Assembly (NCBI GenBank): GCA_965215005.1
Contig: CBDCCZ010000019.1
Coordinates: forward strand, 98,574-162,573
From: Kofleriaceae bacterium
Lineage (GTDB): Bacteria > Myxococcota_A > Polyangia > Haliangiales > Haliangiaceae
Direction: 5' to 3'
DNA length: 64,000 bases
Part shown: positions 12,100 to 23,238 of the stretch, piece after piece
Position numbering within the stretch: the first letter of the stretch is position 1
Layout: every line of letters begins with the position of its first letter
Made by a program: the position numbers and the translations under genes
Notes under the pieces: model-generated
Seen by the model: the letters and a program-made list of their open reading frames with translations, nothing else
What the model was told of the DNA's origin: nothing
Databases searched by the model: none

Positions 12100-13659
12100 G
12101 TGTCGATGGTCGCGCGTGGACACGTCGGCGATCGTCCCTTCAGCCGGACCATCTTTGCGATTGGCGCCCGCGGGTTTTCCGGCGAGCTGCTGCTAGAAGA
12201 AGCGGGTCGTCGCTATCGCGTGGCCTGGCGCGACGGCGCGGCAATAGCTGCGGACAGTCCCGCACCAGCTGATGCGCCGACTCGACTGGCAGCGGCGGCC
12301 GGTCTCATCGACCGCGTTGCGGTCGCCGACGTGGTGCGCGCAATGAAGGAGCGGCCCGCCGAGGATCCGCTCACGATTCTCCTCGACGTGGCCAAACTAG
12401 CTCCTGCGCGCGCTGCCGTCATCAGCAAGCGCGCATTCGCGCAGGCAGCGCTGCGACCATTCGCCCTCGAAAACGCGCGCTTCACGCTTCTCACCCAAAC
12501 CGATCTGCAACCGCGGGCAGAGTGCACGCCGCTCGATTGCCGCTGGCTCATCCTTCACGGAATTCTCGCGCACTACTCGAGTCAACGCGTTGCCAGCGAG
12601 CTTGGCGCCGTAGTCGCTGGCTCGTTCCGGCTCAGCGAAGCGGGCCATTCCGCTGCAGCTGCATTCGGTTTCGGCGAGCAAGATCGGCTGCTTCTCGCCG
12701 CGCTCCGCAGTCAGCAGCACAATTATTCGGAGCTGGTCGAGCTCGATCTCAAGCTCGACCGCTACCGCGTCGGCGCGTGTCTCCTGGCGCTAGCGGCCTG
12801 CGGGTATCTCGAAATGAGCGCAACGCCAAATCGCGCGGCAGCGAGAGCTTCCCGCGATACGCTGGCGCCTCCGCCCGGAGCGCGCGCAAATCCCGCGTCG
12901 GACCTGCAAGCGGAAACCATCCGCACTCTGATCCGCACTAAGCAGATCCTGCTGGACCGGGACGCCAGCCATTTCGAGCTGCTCGAGCTCGGCCAGGATG
13001 CCAGCAGCGATGACGTTCGCGCTGCGTATTTCGCGCTGGCCAAGCAGCTTCATCCCGACCGACTACGCGCGGCGGGAATCGCGGACCTCGGGGAGCAAGC
13101 TCACCGGGTGTTTGCGCAGATCAACAAGGCGTTTGCCACGCTGAGCGATGCGAGTAAACGAGCTGCCTATGAAGATGTTTTGCGTGCGGGCGGAGAGAAG
13201 GCAGTGCGCGCTCAGCAAGCCGCCGCCGAGGAGCTCGCGGAACGAATCTTCGCTGCTGAGGAGGCGTTTTTGCGCGGAGAGATGGCCCTTCGCCGGCGCA
13301 ACTTCAGCGATGCGATGCGCGAGCTACAGCGCGCCATCGAGCTCAATCCCGAGGAAGGAGAGCATTACGCCTACCTTGGATGGGCGCGATGGTGCAGCCA
13401 GACGGAAAAGAATCAACCGCTCGCCGCCGAGGTCGAGGCCGCCCTTAAGAAGGCGATCGAGCTCTCACCGATGAGCCCAACCGGATACTTGTTTCGCGGT
13501 CGTGTCGCCAAGCAACTCGGCAACAGTGACACCGCAGCAGAGTGCTTTCGTAAGGTCGTGGAGCTCCGGCCCGACGAACGGGAGGCGCAGGTCGAGCTGC
13601 GCCTCCTCGAGAAGGAGGATGACAAGAAAGGCTTGCTGGGGCGTTTCCGCCGCAGCTAG
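12100..13659 (+). CDS. DnaJ-domain/TPR protein
   Basis: J-domain with HPD (LAKQLHPDR) and C-terminal TPRs. Confidence 0.88.
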   Translation: MSMVARGHVGDRPFSRTIFAIGARGFSGELLLEEAGRRYRVAWRDGAAIAADSPAPADAPTRLAAAAGLIDRVAVADVVRAMKERPAEDPLTILLDVAKLAPARAAVISKRAFAQAALRPFALENARFTLLTQTDLQPRAECTPLDCRWLILHGILAHYSSQRVASELGAVVAGSFRLSEAGHSAAAAFGFGEQDRLLLAALRSQQHNYSELVELDLKLDRYRVGACLLALAACGYLEMSATPNRAAARASRDTLAPPPGARANPASDLQAETIRTLIRTKQILLDRDASHFELLELGQDASSDDVRAAYFALAKQLHPDRLRAAGIADLGEQAHRVFAQINKAFATLSDASKRAAYEDVLRAGGEKAVRAQQAAAEELAERIFAAEEAFLRGEMALRRRNFSDAMRELQRAIELNPEEGEHYAYLGWARWCSQTEKNQPLAAEVEAALKKAIELSPMSPTGYLFRGRVAKQLGNSDTAAECFRKVVELRPDEREAQVELRLLEKEDDKKGLLGRFRRS

Positions 13660-13668
13660 CCGGCAAGC

Positions 13669-14010
13669 CTAGTCGTCGCTGTCATTGTCAGTGTCGTCAT
13701 CGCTGCTTGGCGGCGCGTGGTTGGCGTCTTCGCTGTACCAGCTCTCGAGAGCCGAGATGATGGCCCGCGCCTGCTTCTCACTCGAGATGTTGAAGCTCGA
13801 CTGCTTGCGATACTGACCGTTCCACTTTTTGTAGCGCACGATCGCGACCTTCGGCGCGCGCCACTCCTCGGTCTTGCGGTCGAGTTCCTGGAACAGGAAC
13901 ATCAACGTCGACCAGGCCCCCTTGGAGAGGACCTCTTTGGCCAGCTCCCGCCGTACGGCGCGGCCGTCTTCTTCGTAGTCATACGTGATCTCATCGATGG
14001 TCTCGGCCAT
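13669..14010 (-). CDS. Hypothetical protein
   Basis: Globular-looking ORF with GGAG RBS and acidic tail. Confidence 0.75.
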   Translation of the reverse strand: MAETIDEITYDYEEDGRAVRRELAKEVLSKGAWSTLMFLFQELDRKTEEWRAPKVAIVRYKKWNGQYRKQSSFNISSEKQARAIISALESWYSEDANHAPPSSDDDTDNDSDD

Positions 14011-14022
14011 GTCGTCTCCGTT

Positions 14023-14370
14023 CTACCTCGCGCTTGCGCCAGAAGCGGCGGCTAATTCATCGAGTCGGGCACGCGCGGCATCGTCGGCAGGAAACAGAGC
14101 CACCGACATGCCGGCGGGCTCGCCTTCAGCGCCATCGCGCAGCGCCACGACCCGGGCCTCGAGCTGCACGGCCGATCCGCCTTCGGGGGCGAGCTTGACT
14201 GTGAAAACTTCATCGACCTCGAGGAAGAACGGCCCGACCAAGAACGCCCCCTGGGCGGTCAATTCGCGCACTCCGAACATCGCGTAGGGCTCCCGCGAAT
14301 CCCCCGCGAGAAGCGAGGCAATCAGGGGCTCGCGCCCGCCAGCGGCAGCTACATGCGTCATGACATTCAT
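14023..14370 (-). CDS. PilZ-like domain protein
   Basis: ELTAQGAFL...ARVV...GMSVALF beta-barrel pattern. Confidence 0.6.
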   Translation of the reverse strand: MNVMTHVAAAGGREPLIASLLAGDSREPYAMFGVRELTAQGAFLVGPFFLEVDEVFTVKLAPEGGSAVQLEARVVALRDGAEGEPAGMSVALFPADDAARARLDELAAASGASAR

Positions 14371-15233
14371 TTCGATGTTGGCGCGGTGGCCTGTACCACA
14401 GAGCGCGTCGTAACGGCAAGGCGCCCCTGCTCGATCCCCGGTGCGGCTAATGGGAACCGCCGCGTGCGCTCGAGGATGACAGCCAAAGAAGAGGTGTCCT
14501 CTGCGAGTAGCTGGGTCAGGTGCGCGCGAGGCACCAGCAGCCTACCCGTGTCTTGGGTGCGGCAGCGCAACGTTACGCCGGGCGTGGGCCCCTGCACCGA
14601 CACGACTAGCTCCTCATCGCTCGCAATCACGGCAGCCGAATTTCTGGCTGGCTCCCAGCGCACCACGAGCCCATCGCCGGCGAGGCTCGCATGCGGCCTC
14701 GTGATCGGCGGCAGGTCGCCGTAGGCGTCAAGCGCCCCAATGTGTGCACCGCCTTCCCCCACTACCGTTACCGCGGTGCCCTCAGAGACGGCTATGGGAA
14801 CCGCGATTTCATCGTATTCGACGCCCATCACCTGCGGGAACATAGGCGCCACGTGCCGAGGAGTGACAGTCCAAGATTCCAGCCCGTCGATTTGGAAATG
14901 GATTTCGCCCGCATCTAAATGATGCAACACGCGACGCTCTGGCAGGCGCGCCAGGGCCATCTCGACCTCCGCCGAAGCATCCCGCAGCACGCAGGTTTCG
15001 AGCTCTAAGCGAGGCGGCGTAGCGCCCGCGAGTGCATGCGCCGTCGCTGCGTCGATCGAACCGAACCTGATGAATCGCGCTCGCGCTTCTAGGTAGGGGG
15101 TAGGCTCGGTAACGTCCAGTACAACCTCCAGCTGGGCATCCAGTGTGCTGGCTAACCCTTCCACTGGCGGCGCCCCTTCCCCGGCGGAACAGGCACTGGC
15201 TAGCAAACAGCATGGCAAGAACGAACGAGACAT
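14367..15233 (-). CDS. Hypothetical lipoprotein
   Basis: LASAC lipobox from ATG 15233; coupled to the downstream ORF. Confidence 0.65.
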   Translation of the reverse strand: MSRSFLPCCLLASACSAGEGAPPVEGLASTLDAQLEVVLDVTEPTPYLEARARFIRFGSIDAATAHALAGATPPRLELETCVLRDASAEVEMALARLPERRVLHHLDAGEIHFQIDGLESWTVTPRHVAPMFPQVMGVEYDEIAVPIAVSEGTAVTVVGEGGAHIGALDAYGDLPPITRPHASLAGDGLVVRWEPARNSAAVIASDEELVVSVQGPTPGVTLRCRTQDTGRLLVPRAHLTQLLAEDTSSLAVILERTRRFPLAAPGIEQGRLAVTTRSVVQATAPTSK

Positions 15234-15408
15234 AGCGGTGGCACGGGTGTTTGAGCTCCGCGCAACGCTATCGTATTTGACGGCCCTTGGTCCGAGCAAA
15301 CTGCCGGGGTACTCTCCCTCCGCCAAACCTACACGCGCGGCGCTACTCGTGGCGTCGCGGTTCGATTCACGCGCCTCTTAGCGCCTCAAGAACTCGCGGC
15401 TTACATAG

Positions 15409-16137
15409 ATGATGCTCAAACCGGTCGAAAAACAGCGCGTTGCCGAGGAGATCGTAGAGCAGCTTCGCTCTCTGATCCTAACGGGGCAATACCCACCTGG
15501 CGCTAAGCTGCCCCCGGAGCGGGAGCTCTCCAAACGGCTCGGCGTTAATCGCGCATCGCTACGCGAGGCTCTCAAGAAGCTCGAGCATCTCGGACTCGTT
15601 CGCATCAGGCAAGGCGATGGAACGCGGGTGCAAAACTTCATGGAGACCGGTGGTATCGAGCTCATCGCTCACTTGCTGCCGCTTGCAGGTTCCGGCCGAC
15701 CGGAGATTTTGCGCGACATGCTCGAGTTTCGCCGCATCATCGGGCGCGAGATCGCCCGGCTGGCGGCCGCTCGAGTCCAGCCCGAACATCTCGCTCGACT
15801 CAAAACGATTGCTGAGCAGGCCGCCGCCGCTGAAGCGCAAGAGCTCTTCGAGCTCGACTTCGACTTCTATATTGCACTCACTGGGGCCACGGGTAATCAA
15901 CTCATGAGCCTGCTCATCAATACGGTTCGCGACGGCATGCGCGCGTATGGGCCACTGCTCGCGAACTTGACCGTGTCGCCAGATGCAGTGCGTGAGCATC
16001 ACCGTGCGGTCATCGGCGCGCTCGAGGACGGCGATAGTGACGCGGCGACGCGGGCGGCCGATGCGTATCTCGCTCGCGGCGCTGAGCATGCGCTGTCACT
16101 CGCCTCGACCGGGCAGTTGCCGGCGGTCGGTACGTGA
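15409..16137 (+). CDS. FadR/GntR family transcriptional regulator
   Basis: LPPERELSKRLGVNRASLREAL wHTH plus FCD domain. Confidence 0.93.
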   Translation: MMLKPVEKQRVAEEIVEQLRSLILTGQYPPGAKLPPERELSKRLGVNRASLREALKKLEHLGLVRIRQGDGTRVQNFMETGGIELIAHLLPLAGSGRPEILRDMLEFRRIIGREIARLAAARVQPEHLARLKTIAEQAAAAEAQELFELDFDFYIALTGATGNQLMSLLINTVRDGMRAYGPLLANLTVSPDAVREHHRAVIGALEDGDSDAATRAADAYLARGAEHALSLASTGQLPAVGT

Positions 16138-16155
16138 CATGGTAAAACGCCGACG

Positions 16156-16476
16156 ATGGATGCGCTGACCCGCGACGACGTGAAAGAGATCGCCCTGCTC
16201 GCGCGACTTGCGCTGAGCGAAGAAGAGATTGAAGAGCTGCGTGGCGAGCTCACTACCATTCTCGCGCACATGGAAGCGCTCTCGCGGGTCGACACGGAAG
16301 GTGTGGACCCGATGACGCACCCGGTAGCAATGACACTGAGGCTGCGGGATGACAGTCCATCGGCATCTTTTGCGAGCGAGGTCGCGACGGCGCAGGCCCC
16401 CGAGAGCGAGGATGGTAACTTTCGCGTGCCTCACGTGATCAAGTCGGCGACGAGCAGCCGGCGGCAGTCGCCATGA
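16156..16476 (+). CDS. gatC: Asp/Glu-tRNA amidotransferase subunit C
   Basis: IALLARL...VDTEGVDP...FRVP; lies upstream of gatA. Confidence 0.93.
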   Translation: MDALTRDDVKEIALLARLALSEEEIEELRGELTTILAHMEALSRVDTEGVDPMTHPVAMTLRLRDDSPSASFASEVATAQAPESEDGNFRVPHVIKSATSSRRQSP

Positions 16477-17945
16477 GCGCCAGCGAGCTGGCTTTCTTGA
16501 GCGTCCGTGAGCAGGCGCGCCGGGTGCGAGCTAAGGAGCTATCGGCGCGGACGTTGTGCGAGGTTTATCTGCAACGAATCGCGGAGCTGGATTCCCAGCT
16601 TGGAGCGTATCTGCTGGTGGATCACGCTGGAGCCCGAGCGCAAGCCGAGCGAATCGATGCGCAAGTCGCCGCCGGCGGGGATCCTGGGGCGCTTGCTGGG
16701 GTTCCGGTCGCGCTGAAAGATGTGCTCGTCACCCGCGGCGTCGAAACCACCGCCGCTTCCAAGATACTCGCTGGGTGGATTCCGCCTTACGACGCGACGG
16801 TTGTCAGCAAGCTCCGCGAGGCCGGCGCAGTGATCCTGGGCAAGCTCAACTGCGATGAGTTTGCGATGGGCTCGTCCAATGAGAACAGCAGCATTGGACC
16901 ATGCCGCAACCCGTGGAATCGCACGCGAGTCGCGGGTGGATCATCGGGCGGCAGCGCTGCGGCGGTGGCCGCGGGACTTTGCGCAGCGAGTCTCGGAACG
17001 GACACCGGAGGGTCTATTCGCCAACCTGCGGCATTTTGTGGCGTCGTAGGCATCAAACCCACCTACGGGCGCATTTCACGCTACGGCGTAATCGCGTATG
17101 CGTCTTCCTTCGATCAAGTTGGCCCTATCACCCGCAACGTGGACGACGCGGCGCTTCTCCTAGAAGTCTTGTGCGGCTACGACCCGTGCGACGCTACGTC
17201 GATCGAGACCGCCGTGCCGCTATCTCCTGGGGACGTGGCGAGCGTAGAGGGCCTGCGACTCGGCATACCGCGTGAGCTGTTCTCGGTGAATATGGATGAG
17301 CAAGTACGTGCCGCTGTCATGACAGCGATAGACGCGCTCGAAGCGGCGGGCGCGTGCCCGGTGGAGGTTTCGCTGCCGCACGCAGAGTACGCCCTGCCCG
17401 CGTACTATCTGCTGGCCCCGGCGGAGGCTTCGTCCAATCTCGCGCGCTTCGATGGTGTTCGCTATGGTCGCCGAAGTGGCAACGGCCCTGACGACTTGCT
17501 CGACATGTATTGCCGAACCCGCGGCGAAGGCTTTGGCCCGGAAGTCAAGCGACGAATCATGCTCGGCACGTTCGCGCTCCGCTCCGGCTACTACGATGCC
17601 TACTATGCAAAGGCGCAAAAGGTTCGAACGCTCATCAAGCGCGACTTCGATCGCGTCTTCGAGATTGTCGACGCCGTGCTGTCACCCACCACGCCGAGTC
17701 CAGCATTCGGATTGGGTGAAAAGACTAAGAGTCCAATGGAGATGTATCTTGCAGACATCTTCACACTGAGCTGCAACTTGGCTGGATTGCCCGGCATGAG
17801 CGTGCCGTGTGGCTTTAGCGATATCGGGCTGCCCATTGGACTGCAGATACTCGGCAAAACGCTCGATGAAGCGACGGTTCTGCAGGTCGGGGCAGCGCTC
17901 GAGCGGGCCGTTGGGGCAACGGATCGGCGCCCGGAGGTCGGTTGA
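16473..17945 (+). CDS. gatA: Asp/Glu-tRNA amidotransferase subunit A
   Basis: Amidase signature GGSSGGS...[12 protein letters not shown] and [15 protein letters not shown]. Confidence 0.97.
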   Translation: MSASELAFLSVREQARRVRAKELSARTLCEVYLQRIAELDSQLGAYLLVDHAGARAQAERIDAQVAAGGDPGALAGVPVALKDVLVTRGVETTAASKILAGWIPPYDATVVSKLREAGAVILGKLNCDEFAMGSSNENSSIGPCRNPWNRTRVAGGSSGGSAAAVAAGLCAASLGTDTGGSIRQPAAFCGVVGIKPTYGRISRYGVIAYASSFDQVGPITRNVDDAALLLEVLCGYDPCDATSIETAVPLSPGDVASVEGLRLGIPRELFSVNMDEQVRAAVMTAIDALEAAGACPVEVSLPHAEYALPAYYLLAPAEASSNLARFDGVRYGRRSGNGPDDLLDMYCRTRGEGFGPEVKRRIMLGTFALRSGYYDAYYAKAQKVRTLIKRDFDRVFEIVDAVLSPTTPSPAFGLGEKTKSPMEMYLADIFTLSCNLAGLPGMSVPCGFSDIGLPIGLQILGKTLDEATVLQVGAALERAVGATDRRPEVG

Positions 17946-19384
17946 TGAGTGAATGGGAGCCGGTTATCGGGCTCGAAGTCCACGTGCAGCTCGCGACGAG
18001 CTCGAAGCTTTTTTCTCCTTCAGCCGTAAGCTTTGGTCACCCCCCCAACTCGCTGACCGATCCGACGGTTCTAGGCCTGCCAGGCGCGCTACCCACGTGC
18101 AACCGGCAAGCGATCGCTCACGCGGTGAAGCTCGGCCTCGCGACCGGTTGTCGTATTCGCGACAGGTCACGCTTCGCTCGTAAGCAGTACTTCTACCCCG
18201 ACTTGCCCAAGGGCTATCAGATCTCTCAGTACGATGAGCCGCTTTGCGAAGCAGGCGCGATCGAGATGTGGTGGCAAGGCGGTCTCCACCGAGTGCGGCT
18301 CATCCGCATTCACTTGGAAGAAGATGCCGGCAAGAGCACCCACGGGGATGGCAAGACATCACTGGTCGACCTCAATCGCGCAGGGGTGCCGCTGTGCGAA
18401 GTCGTGAGCGAGCCGGACCTCCGTACCGCCGCAGAGGCGGCCGAGTACATGCGTGCGCTTCGCCAGTTGGTGCGATATCTCGGCATCTCGGATGGTGACA
18501 TGGAGAAAGGGCAGCTGCGATGCGACGCCAACGTGTCGCTGCGCAGGCGCGGTGCAAGCGAGTATGGAACCCGTACTGAGCTGAAGAACATCAACTCCTT
18601 TAAGTTCGTTGAAGCCGCGATAGAACACGAGATCATCCGGCAAGCGCGCATCCTCGACGGCGGCGGACACATCGTGCAGGAAACGCGCCTGTGGGATGCA
18701 GACCGCGGGATATCTCAGGCGATGCGTTCCAAGGAAGAAGCCGAAGACTACCGCTACTTCCCCGACCCGGATCTTCCAGCGCTCGTAATCGATGACAGCC
18801 TTCGTCACGACGTGGCAACGACGATTCCAGAGCTGCCGATGGTCAAGATGCAGCGCTACGTTGGCGAGCTCGGGCTCGCTGACGATGATGCGCGAACGCT
18901 CGCCGCGGAGCGTGAGCTGGCCGAGTATTTCGACGAGGTCGTAGTGAGCGCTGGTGTGTCGAATGCGCGGCTCACTGCAAATTGGATTCAATCGGAGCTC
19001 CTGCGCGAGCTCAATCGAGAAGGCCAGAGCGTGGGGAAGTGCAACGTCACACCTGACGCGCTCGGTGAGCTCGTAGGTTTGATCGCCGATGGCACGATCA
19101 GTGGGAAGATCGCCAAGAAGGTTTTCGCCGAGATGTACGCCAACGGAGGCTCTGCCCGCCGCATCGTTGACCGAGAAGGCCTTGAGCAGATAACTGATAC
19201 CGGCGCCATCGAAGCCGTGTGCGCGCAGGTCGTCGCCGCGAATCCCGCTCAAGCAGAACAGTTCCGCGCCGGGAAAGAAAATCTGCTGGGCTATTTCGTG
19301 GGTCGCGTGATGAAAGAGACCCGCGGGCAGGCCAACCCGCAGGCGGTGAACGAGATCCTGCGTCGGCTCCTACAGACGGGATGA
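17945..19384 (+). CDS. gatB: Asp/Glu-tRNA amidotransferase subunit B
   Basis: IGLEVHVQL, YFYPDLPKGYQISQ and YRYFPDPDL motifs. Confidence 0.97.
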   Translation: MSEWEPVIGLEVHVQLATSSKLFSPSAVSFGHPPNSLTDPTVLGLPGALPTCNRQAIAHAVKLGLATGCRIRDRSRFARKQYFYPDLPKGYQISQYDEPLCEAGAIEMWWQGGLHRVRLIRIHLEEDAGKSTHGDGKTSLVDLNRAGVPLCEVVSEPDLRTAAEAAEYMRALRQLVRYLGISDGDMEKGQLRCDANVSLRRRGASEYGTRTELKNINSFKFVEAAIEHEIIRQARILDGGGHIVQETRLWDADRGISQAMRSKEEAEDYRYFPDPDLPALVIDDSLRHDVATTIPELPMVKMQRYVGELGLADDDARTLAAERELAEYFDEVVVSAGVSNARLTANWIQSELLRELNREGQSVGKCNVTPDALGELVGLIADGTISGKIAKKVFAEMYANGGSARRIVDREGLEQITDTGAIEAVCAQVVAANPAQAEQFRAGKENLLGYFVGRVMKETRGQANPQAVNEILRRLLQTG

Positions 19385-19471
19385 CGACTGCGTAATCCGT
19401 GGCAGCGGTCGGAGATCAGCTGCTAACTATCTGATTTTTCTATGGTCTGATCCGTAAATGCGTGAAAGCTC

Positions 19472-19499
19472 TTGACGAATCTGCTCGCCCAACTAAACT
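19472..19499 (+). promoter_or_regulatory. Putative sigma70 promoter of rplU-rpmA
   Basis: TTGACG-16 nt-TAAACT. An IHF-consensus match (AATCAGATAGTTA, minus strand) lies at 19424-19436. Confidence 0.55.
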
Positions 19500-19535
19500 C
19501 CGCGATTCCTCACGATAACTTCGCGGAGCGCATCG

Positions 19536-19853
19536 ATGTACGCCGTCATTGAAACAGGTGGAAAGCAGTACCGGGTGGAGCCTGGCCAGACCATTGTGGT
19601 CGAGAAGCTTGAAGGCACTGCCGGGGACGCTATCCAATTCGAGAAAGTCCTATTGGTTTCTGGCGACGAGAGCGTCGCGGTTGGGCGGCCACTCGTCGAA
19701 GGGGCTCGCGTCACTGGACAAATCGTCGAGCAGGGCAAGGGGCAGAAGCTGATCGTCTTCAAGCTCAAGCGCCGCAAGGACTATCGCCGAAAGAATGGCC
19801 ATCGGCAGCAGTACACCGCGGTCAAGATCAACGACGTGGTCGCGCCCGCTTAA
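19536..19853 (+). CDS. rplU: 50S ribosomal protein L21
   Basis: MYAVIETGGKQY...GHRQ. Confidence 0.97.
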   Translation: MYAVIETGGKQYRVEPGQTIVVEKLEGTAGDAIQFEKVLLVSGDESVAVGRPLVEGARVTGQIVEQGKGQKLIVFKLKRRKDYRRKNGHRQQYTAVKINDVVAPA

Positions 19854-19874
19854 GCGGACGGAAGGGCAATCGAG

Positions 19875-20147
19875 ATGGCTCATAAAAAAGGTCAAGGATC
19901 GACCCGCAACGGTCGTGACTCCGAGTCAAAACGTCGCGGCGTGAAGCGTTACGACGGGCAAGTAGTTCGCGCCGGCAACATTCTCGTTCGGCAGTGCGGC
20001 ACGAAGGTCCATCCTGGCAACAACGTCGGGACTGGCAAAGATTGGACCCTGTTCGCGCTAGTCGATGGCCAGGTGCGCTTCGAGCGCCAAGGCAAGGGCG
20101 GCAAGCGGGTGTCCGTATATCCTGTAGAGACTGCCCCGCAGGCCTAA
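19875..20147 (+). CDS. rpmA: 50S ribosomal protein L27
   Basis: [16 protein letters not shown]. Confidence 0.98.
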   Translation: MAHKKGQGSTRNGRDSESKRRGVKRYDGQVVRAGNILVRQCGTKVHPGNNVGTGKDWTLFALVDGQVRFERQGKGGKRVSVYPVETAPQA

Positions 20148-20203
20148 GCACTTGCTGGGGCTGAGGGGCAAGGCTCCTCCCGACCCTGCAGTTTAAAGAT
20201 TTC

Positions 20204-20240
20204 GCCCCGGGTGCCGTCGTTGCTGCGCCCGGGGCTCTTT
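20204..20240 (+). terminator. Putative intrinsic terminator after rpmA
   Basis: GCCCCGGGTGC...GCGCCCGGGGC stem followed by TCTTT. Confidence 0.6.
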
Positions 20241-20317
20241 ACGTTTCGGTCGCAGCGCCGGACGGAGCCGATGAGTCGCCATCACCGGCGCAGATAGCTG
20301 CGTCTATCCGACTGCAG

Positions 20318-20825
20318 CCGTTCAACTCTAGACGCGATGAATCGGTTTGCGATCCCTTCCGCTCGAGCGATGAACGGATTCGACATCCCTTCACCTCACT
20401 CCAACGGTGAACGGATTCGAGATCCCTTCACATCTAGACGTGATGAACGGATCTGCAATCCCTTCAACCTCGACGCGATGAATGGATTTGCGATCCTTCA
20501 CCTCACTCCAACGGTGAACGGATTCGAGATCCCTTCACCTCTAGACGCGATGAACGGATTTGTGATCCCTTCACCTGTTGACGCGTTGAACGGATTTGCG
20601 ATCCCTTCACCCTCGACGCGATGAACGGATTTGTGATCCCTTCACATCTAGATGCGTGGACGGGTTTGCGATTCCTTCACCTCCTTGGCGCGTTGAACGG
20701 ATTTGCGATCCCTTCACCTCCTTGACGCGATGAACGGATTTGCGATCCCTTCACCCTCGACGCGATGAACGGATTTGTGATCCCTTCACATCTAGATGCG
20801 TGGACGGGTTTGCGATTCCTTCACC
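20318..20825. repeat. Palindromic tandem array, left part (14 units)
   Basis: Core TGAACGGAT-TTGCG-ATCCCTTCA with mostly 12-14 nt related linkers. Confidence 0.95.
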
Positions 20826-20884
20826 GTATCCGCCCGACAGTCCGCACCTACTGCGATGCGCGGCTTCATGGTCAGTAGGAGGGC

Positions 20885-21274
20885 ATGAAGCATCAACGAG
20901 AGCGAGATCAGGGCCAATCAGCTGCCCCGCTGGGCGGTCGTGCGCGGTGGAGCGCGGCGGAGGGAGCGGCGATGTTGGAGGAGTTGGCGGCTAGCGGCGA
21001 AAGTGACGCCGGCTATTCGCGCCGAACAGGGGTCGCGTCGCACCGAATTCAGTATTGGCGCAAGAGGCTTGGCGCGGAGCCGCTTGCAAGATCGATGGCG
21101 GGAACGGGCGGCTTCGTGCCGGTCCTGGTGGTGGATGAGCCAGAGCAGACGATGGATCGGCGGCAGGTCGAGGTCACGCTGCGAACTGGCGCAACGATGG
21201 TGTTTCGTGGCGACTGGAATGCGGTGTCGCTACGGCCTTGGATGGCAGTCTTGGGAGGCGACCATGCTGAGTAA
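20885..21274 (+). CDS. tnpA: IS66 accessory protein TnpA (HTH)
   Basis: SGES...YWRKRL...FVPV...VEVTL pattern; first ORF of the element. Confidence 0.85.
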   Translation: MKHQRERDQGQSAAPLGGRARWSAAEGAAMLEELAASGESDAGYSRRTGVASHRIQYWRKRLGAEPLARSMAGTGGFVPVLVVDEPEQTMDRRQVEVTLRTGATMVFRGDWNAVSLRPWMAVLGGDHAE

Positions 21275-21602
21275 CCGTGCCGCGCGCGTCTTTGCGTATG
21301 CGTCGCCGTGTGACATGCGCAAGCAGATGGATGGGCTGTCGACGCTGGTGCGCGAACAGCTCGAGCGGGAGCCAGAAGGTGGCGACCTGTATCTGTTTCG
21401 CAACCGTCGCGGCGATATGATCAAGATCTTGTTCTTTGATCAAGGCGGGTACTGCTTACTGAGCAAGCGGCTGGTGAAGGGCACGTTTCAGATGCGCCTT
21501 TCGATCAAAAATGATCAATGCGCTGCTGAGATAACGCAAGCGGAGCTAAGTCGACTGCTTACGCGCGCTGAGTTGGTGCAAGAGATGTCGCAAAGCACTT
21601 GA
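21264..21602 (+). CDS. tnpB: IS66 accessory protein TnpB
   Basis: DMRKQMDGL...LYLFRNRRGDMIKILFFD...KRLVKGTF. Confidence 0.92.
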   Translation: MLSNRAARVFAYASPCDMRKQMDGLSTLVREQLEREPEGGDLYLFRNRRGDMIKILFFDQGGYCLLSKRLVKGTFQMRLSIKNDQCAAEITQAELSRLLTRAELVQEMSQST

Positions 21603-21630
21603 ACTTCGATCCGCCGCCTGCTAGCGAAGA

Positions 21631-23238
21631 GTGCAGGTGACGGCAGCGCGCACAGAGGTTCACGAGGCACTTGAGGCGCTCGATGCGCTTCGAGACAAGG
21701 TGAGCGACGCGGAACGCGCGACGGTGGATCGCATCATTGCTCTGCTGAGCTCGCTCGGAGACGAGGTGTCCGAGCTCAGCGAGCGCGTGCGATGGTTGAT
21801 CGGCGCACCATATCGCAAGAAGGCTGAAGCGGTGCCCGCTGGACAGTTAGCGCTGGATCTGTTGAATGTGCTCGCCTTCAACCGCGAAGTGACTTCCCCG
21901 GAGCCAGTGGAAGTTGAACGCAGCGCGCCGGCAAAGCCAAAACAGAAGCGAGTGCGTCGTGGCAAGGAGCTACGTGTCGAGGTGGTCGAAGCACGCCTCA
22001 CTGGCGACGAGCGTAACTGCGGCTCGTGCGGCAAGACGCGAGCGGAGCTGCCGCCAGATATCCAGCGGCGCATCATCTTTCAGCCGGCGCAGCTCTATAA
22101 GCTGGAAGAGCACCGCTTCAAGTACGCATGTCGGCGCTGCGACGACGGCATCGTAACGGCGCCGCCTCAACTGCCTGCAAAGCCCATCTCCGGTAGCATG
22201 GCGTCAGCCAGCTTGCTTGCCCATTTGGTGGTTGGCAAAGTGCTCGATGGTCTGCCGATCGAGCGTATTGCCCGCGGCCTCCGCCGCCATGGTGCGAATC
22301 TAGCTACGTCGACCCTCAACGACTGGTTTGGCGAGACGGCACGCATGCTGGCGTTTCTCCATCCGCTCCTGCGAACAGAGCTTCTAAAGTCTAGACTCAT
22401 CAGTTTGGACGACACACCGCTCAAGGCACAAAGCCGCGGCTCGCCAAGCGGCAAGACGATGGTGCGCGGCCGTCAATGGCTTTACCTTGGCGACATCAGT
22501 CGTATCGCTTACGCTGAATTCAGCGAAGACTGGAAAGGAAAGCACCCTCGCGCTGTGCTTTCTAGTTTTTCCGGCAGCATCCAAGGCGACGGCTATGGCG
22601 GCATCAATCCGCTATTCGCCCGCGAAGGTGGACCTATCCGCGTCGGCTGCAACGACCATGCACGCCGCAAATTCGTGGCTGCGCTCGAGCAAGGCGATCG
22701 ACGCGCTCAGCCGATCGTCGACATCTACAAAGCACTCTACGCCATCGAACGCGAGGCTAAAGAGCGCGGGCTAGATGACGTGGGGCGGGGCACGCTGCGC
22801 GCTGCCGCGTCGGTGCCGACCTGGAAACGGCTCACAGAGGCCGTTGCCAAACTCGCGCCGCAAGCAGGCAGCAAGAGTGCATTGGGCAAAGCCGTCGTCT
22901 ACTTTCAGCGCCAGCTGCCAACACTCGAGGTCTTTCTTACCGATGGCTCGCTGCCCATCTCCAACGCCCACGTCGAGCGCCGGCTGCGCACCGTCGGCAT
23001 CTTCCGCAAAAACTGCCTCTTCGTCGGCAGCGTCGAGGCAGGTCAGCGCTTTGCCATCCTCCTCTCGCTCGTTCTCCAGTGCGAGATCGACGGCGTCAAC
23101 CCCTACGACTACCTCGCCGATGTCATCGACAAAGTCGCTAACGGCTGGATGATGAGCCGCGCCCCTGAGCTCCTGCCACGCGCCTGGCTCGCCGCCCGCG
23201 AGTGCCCAGAGCAGCCCGCCGGCGATACTCTCTCCTGA
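21631..23238 (+). CDS. tnpC: IS66 DDE transposase TnpC
   Basis: Coiled coil, CxxC...CxxC zinc finger and DDE core. Confidence 0.96.
   Translation: MQVTAARTEVHEALEALDALRDKVSDAERATVDRIIALLSSLGDEVSELSERVRWLIGAPYRKKAEAVPAGQLALDLLNVLAFNREVTSPEPVEVERSAPAKPKQKRVRRGKELRVEVVEARLTGDERNCGSCGKTRAELPPDIQRRIIFQPAQLYKLEEHRFKYACRRCDDGIVTAPPQLPAKPISGSMASASLLAHLVVGKVLDGLPIERIARGLRRHGANLATSTLNDWFGETARMLAFLHPLLRTELLKSRLISLDDTPLKAQSRGSPSGKTMVRGRQWLYLGDISRIAYAEFSEDWKGKHPRAVLSSFSGSIQGDGYGGINPLFAREGGPIRVGCNDHARRKFVAALEQGDRRAQPIVDIYKALYAIEREAKERGLDDVGRGTLRAAASVPTWKRLTEAVAKLAPQAGSKSALGKAVVYFQRQLPTLEVFLTDGSLPISNAHVERRLRTVGIFRKNCLFVGSVEAGQRFAILLSLVLQCEIDGVNPYDYLADVIDKVANGWMMSRAPELLPRAWLAARECPEQPAGDTLS

Noticed and set aside
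20337..20624. 95-aa repeat ORF (MNGFAIPS...)
   Set aside because: A by-product of the DNA array; unit lengths of 35-37 nt shift the frame.
20940..21263. N-terminal extension of TnpB in the ORF track
   Set aside because: It overlaps tnpA. The real start is ATG 21264, preceded by a GGAGG RBS.
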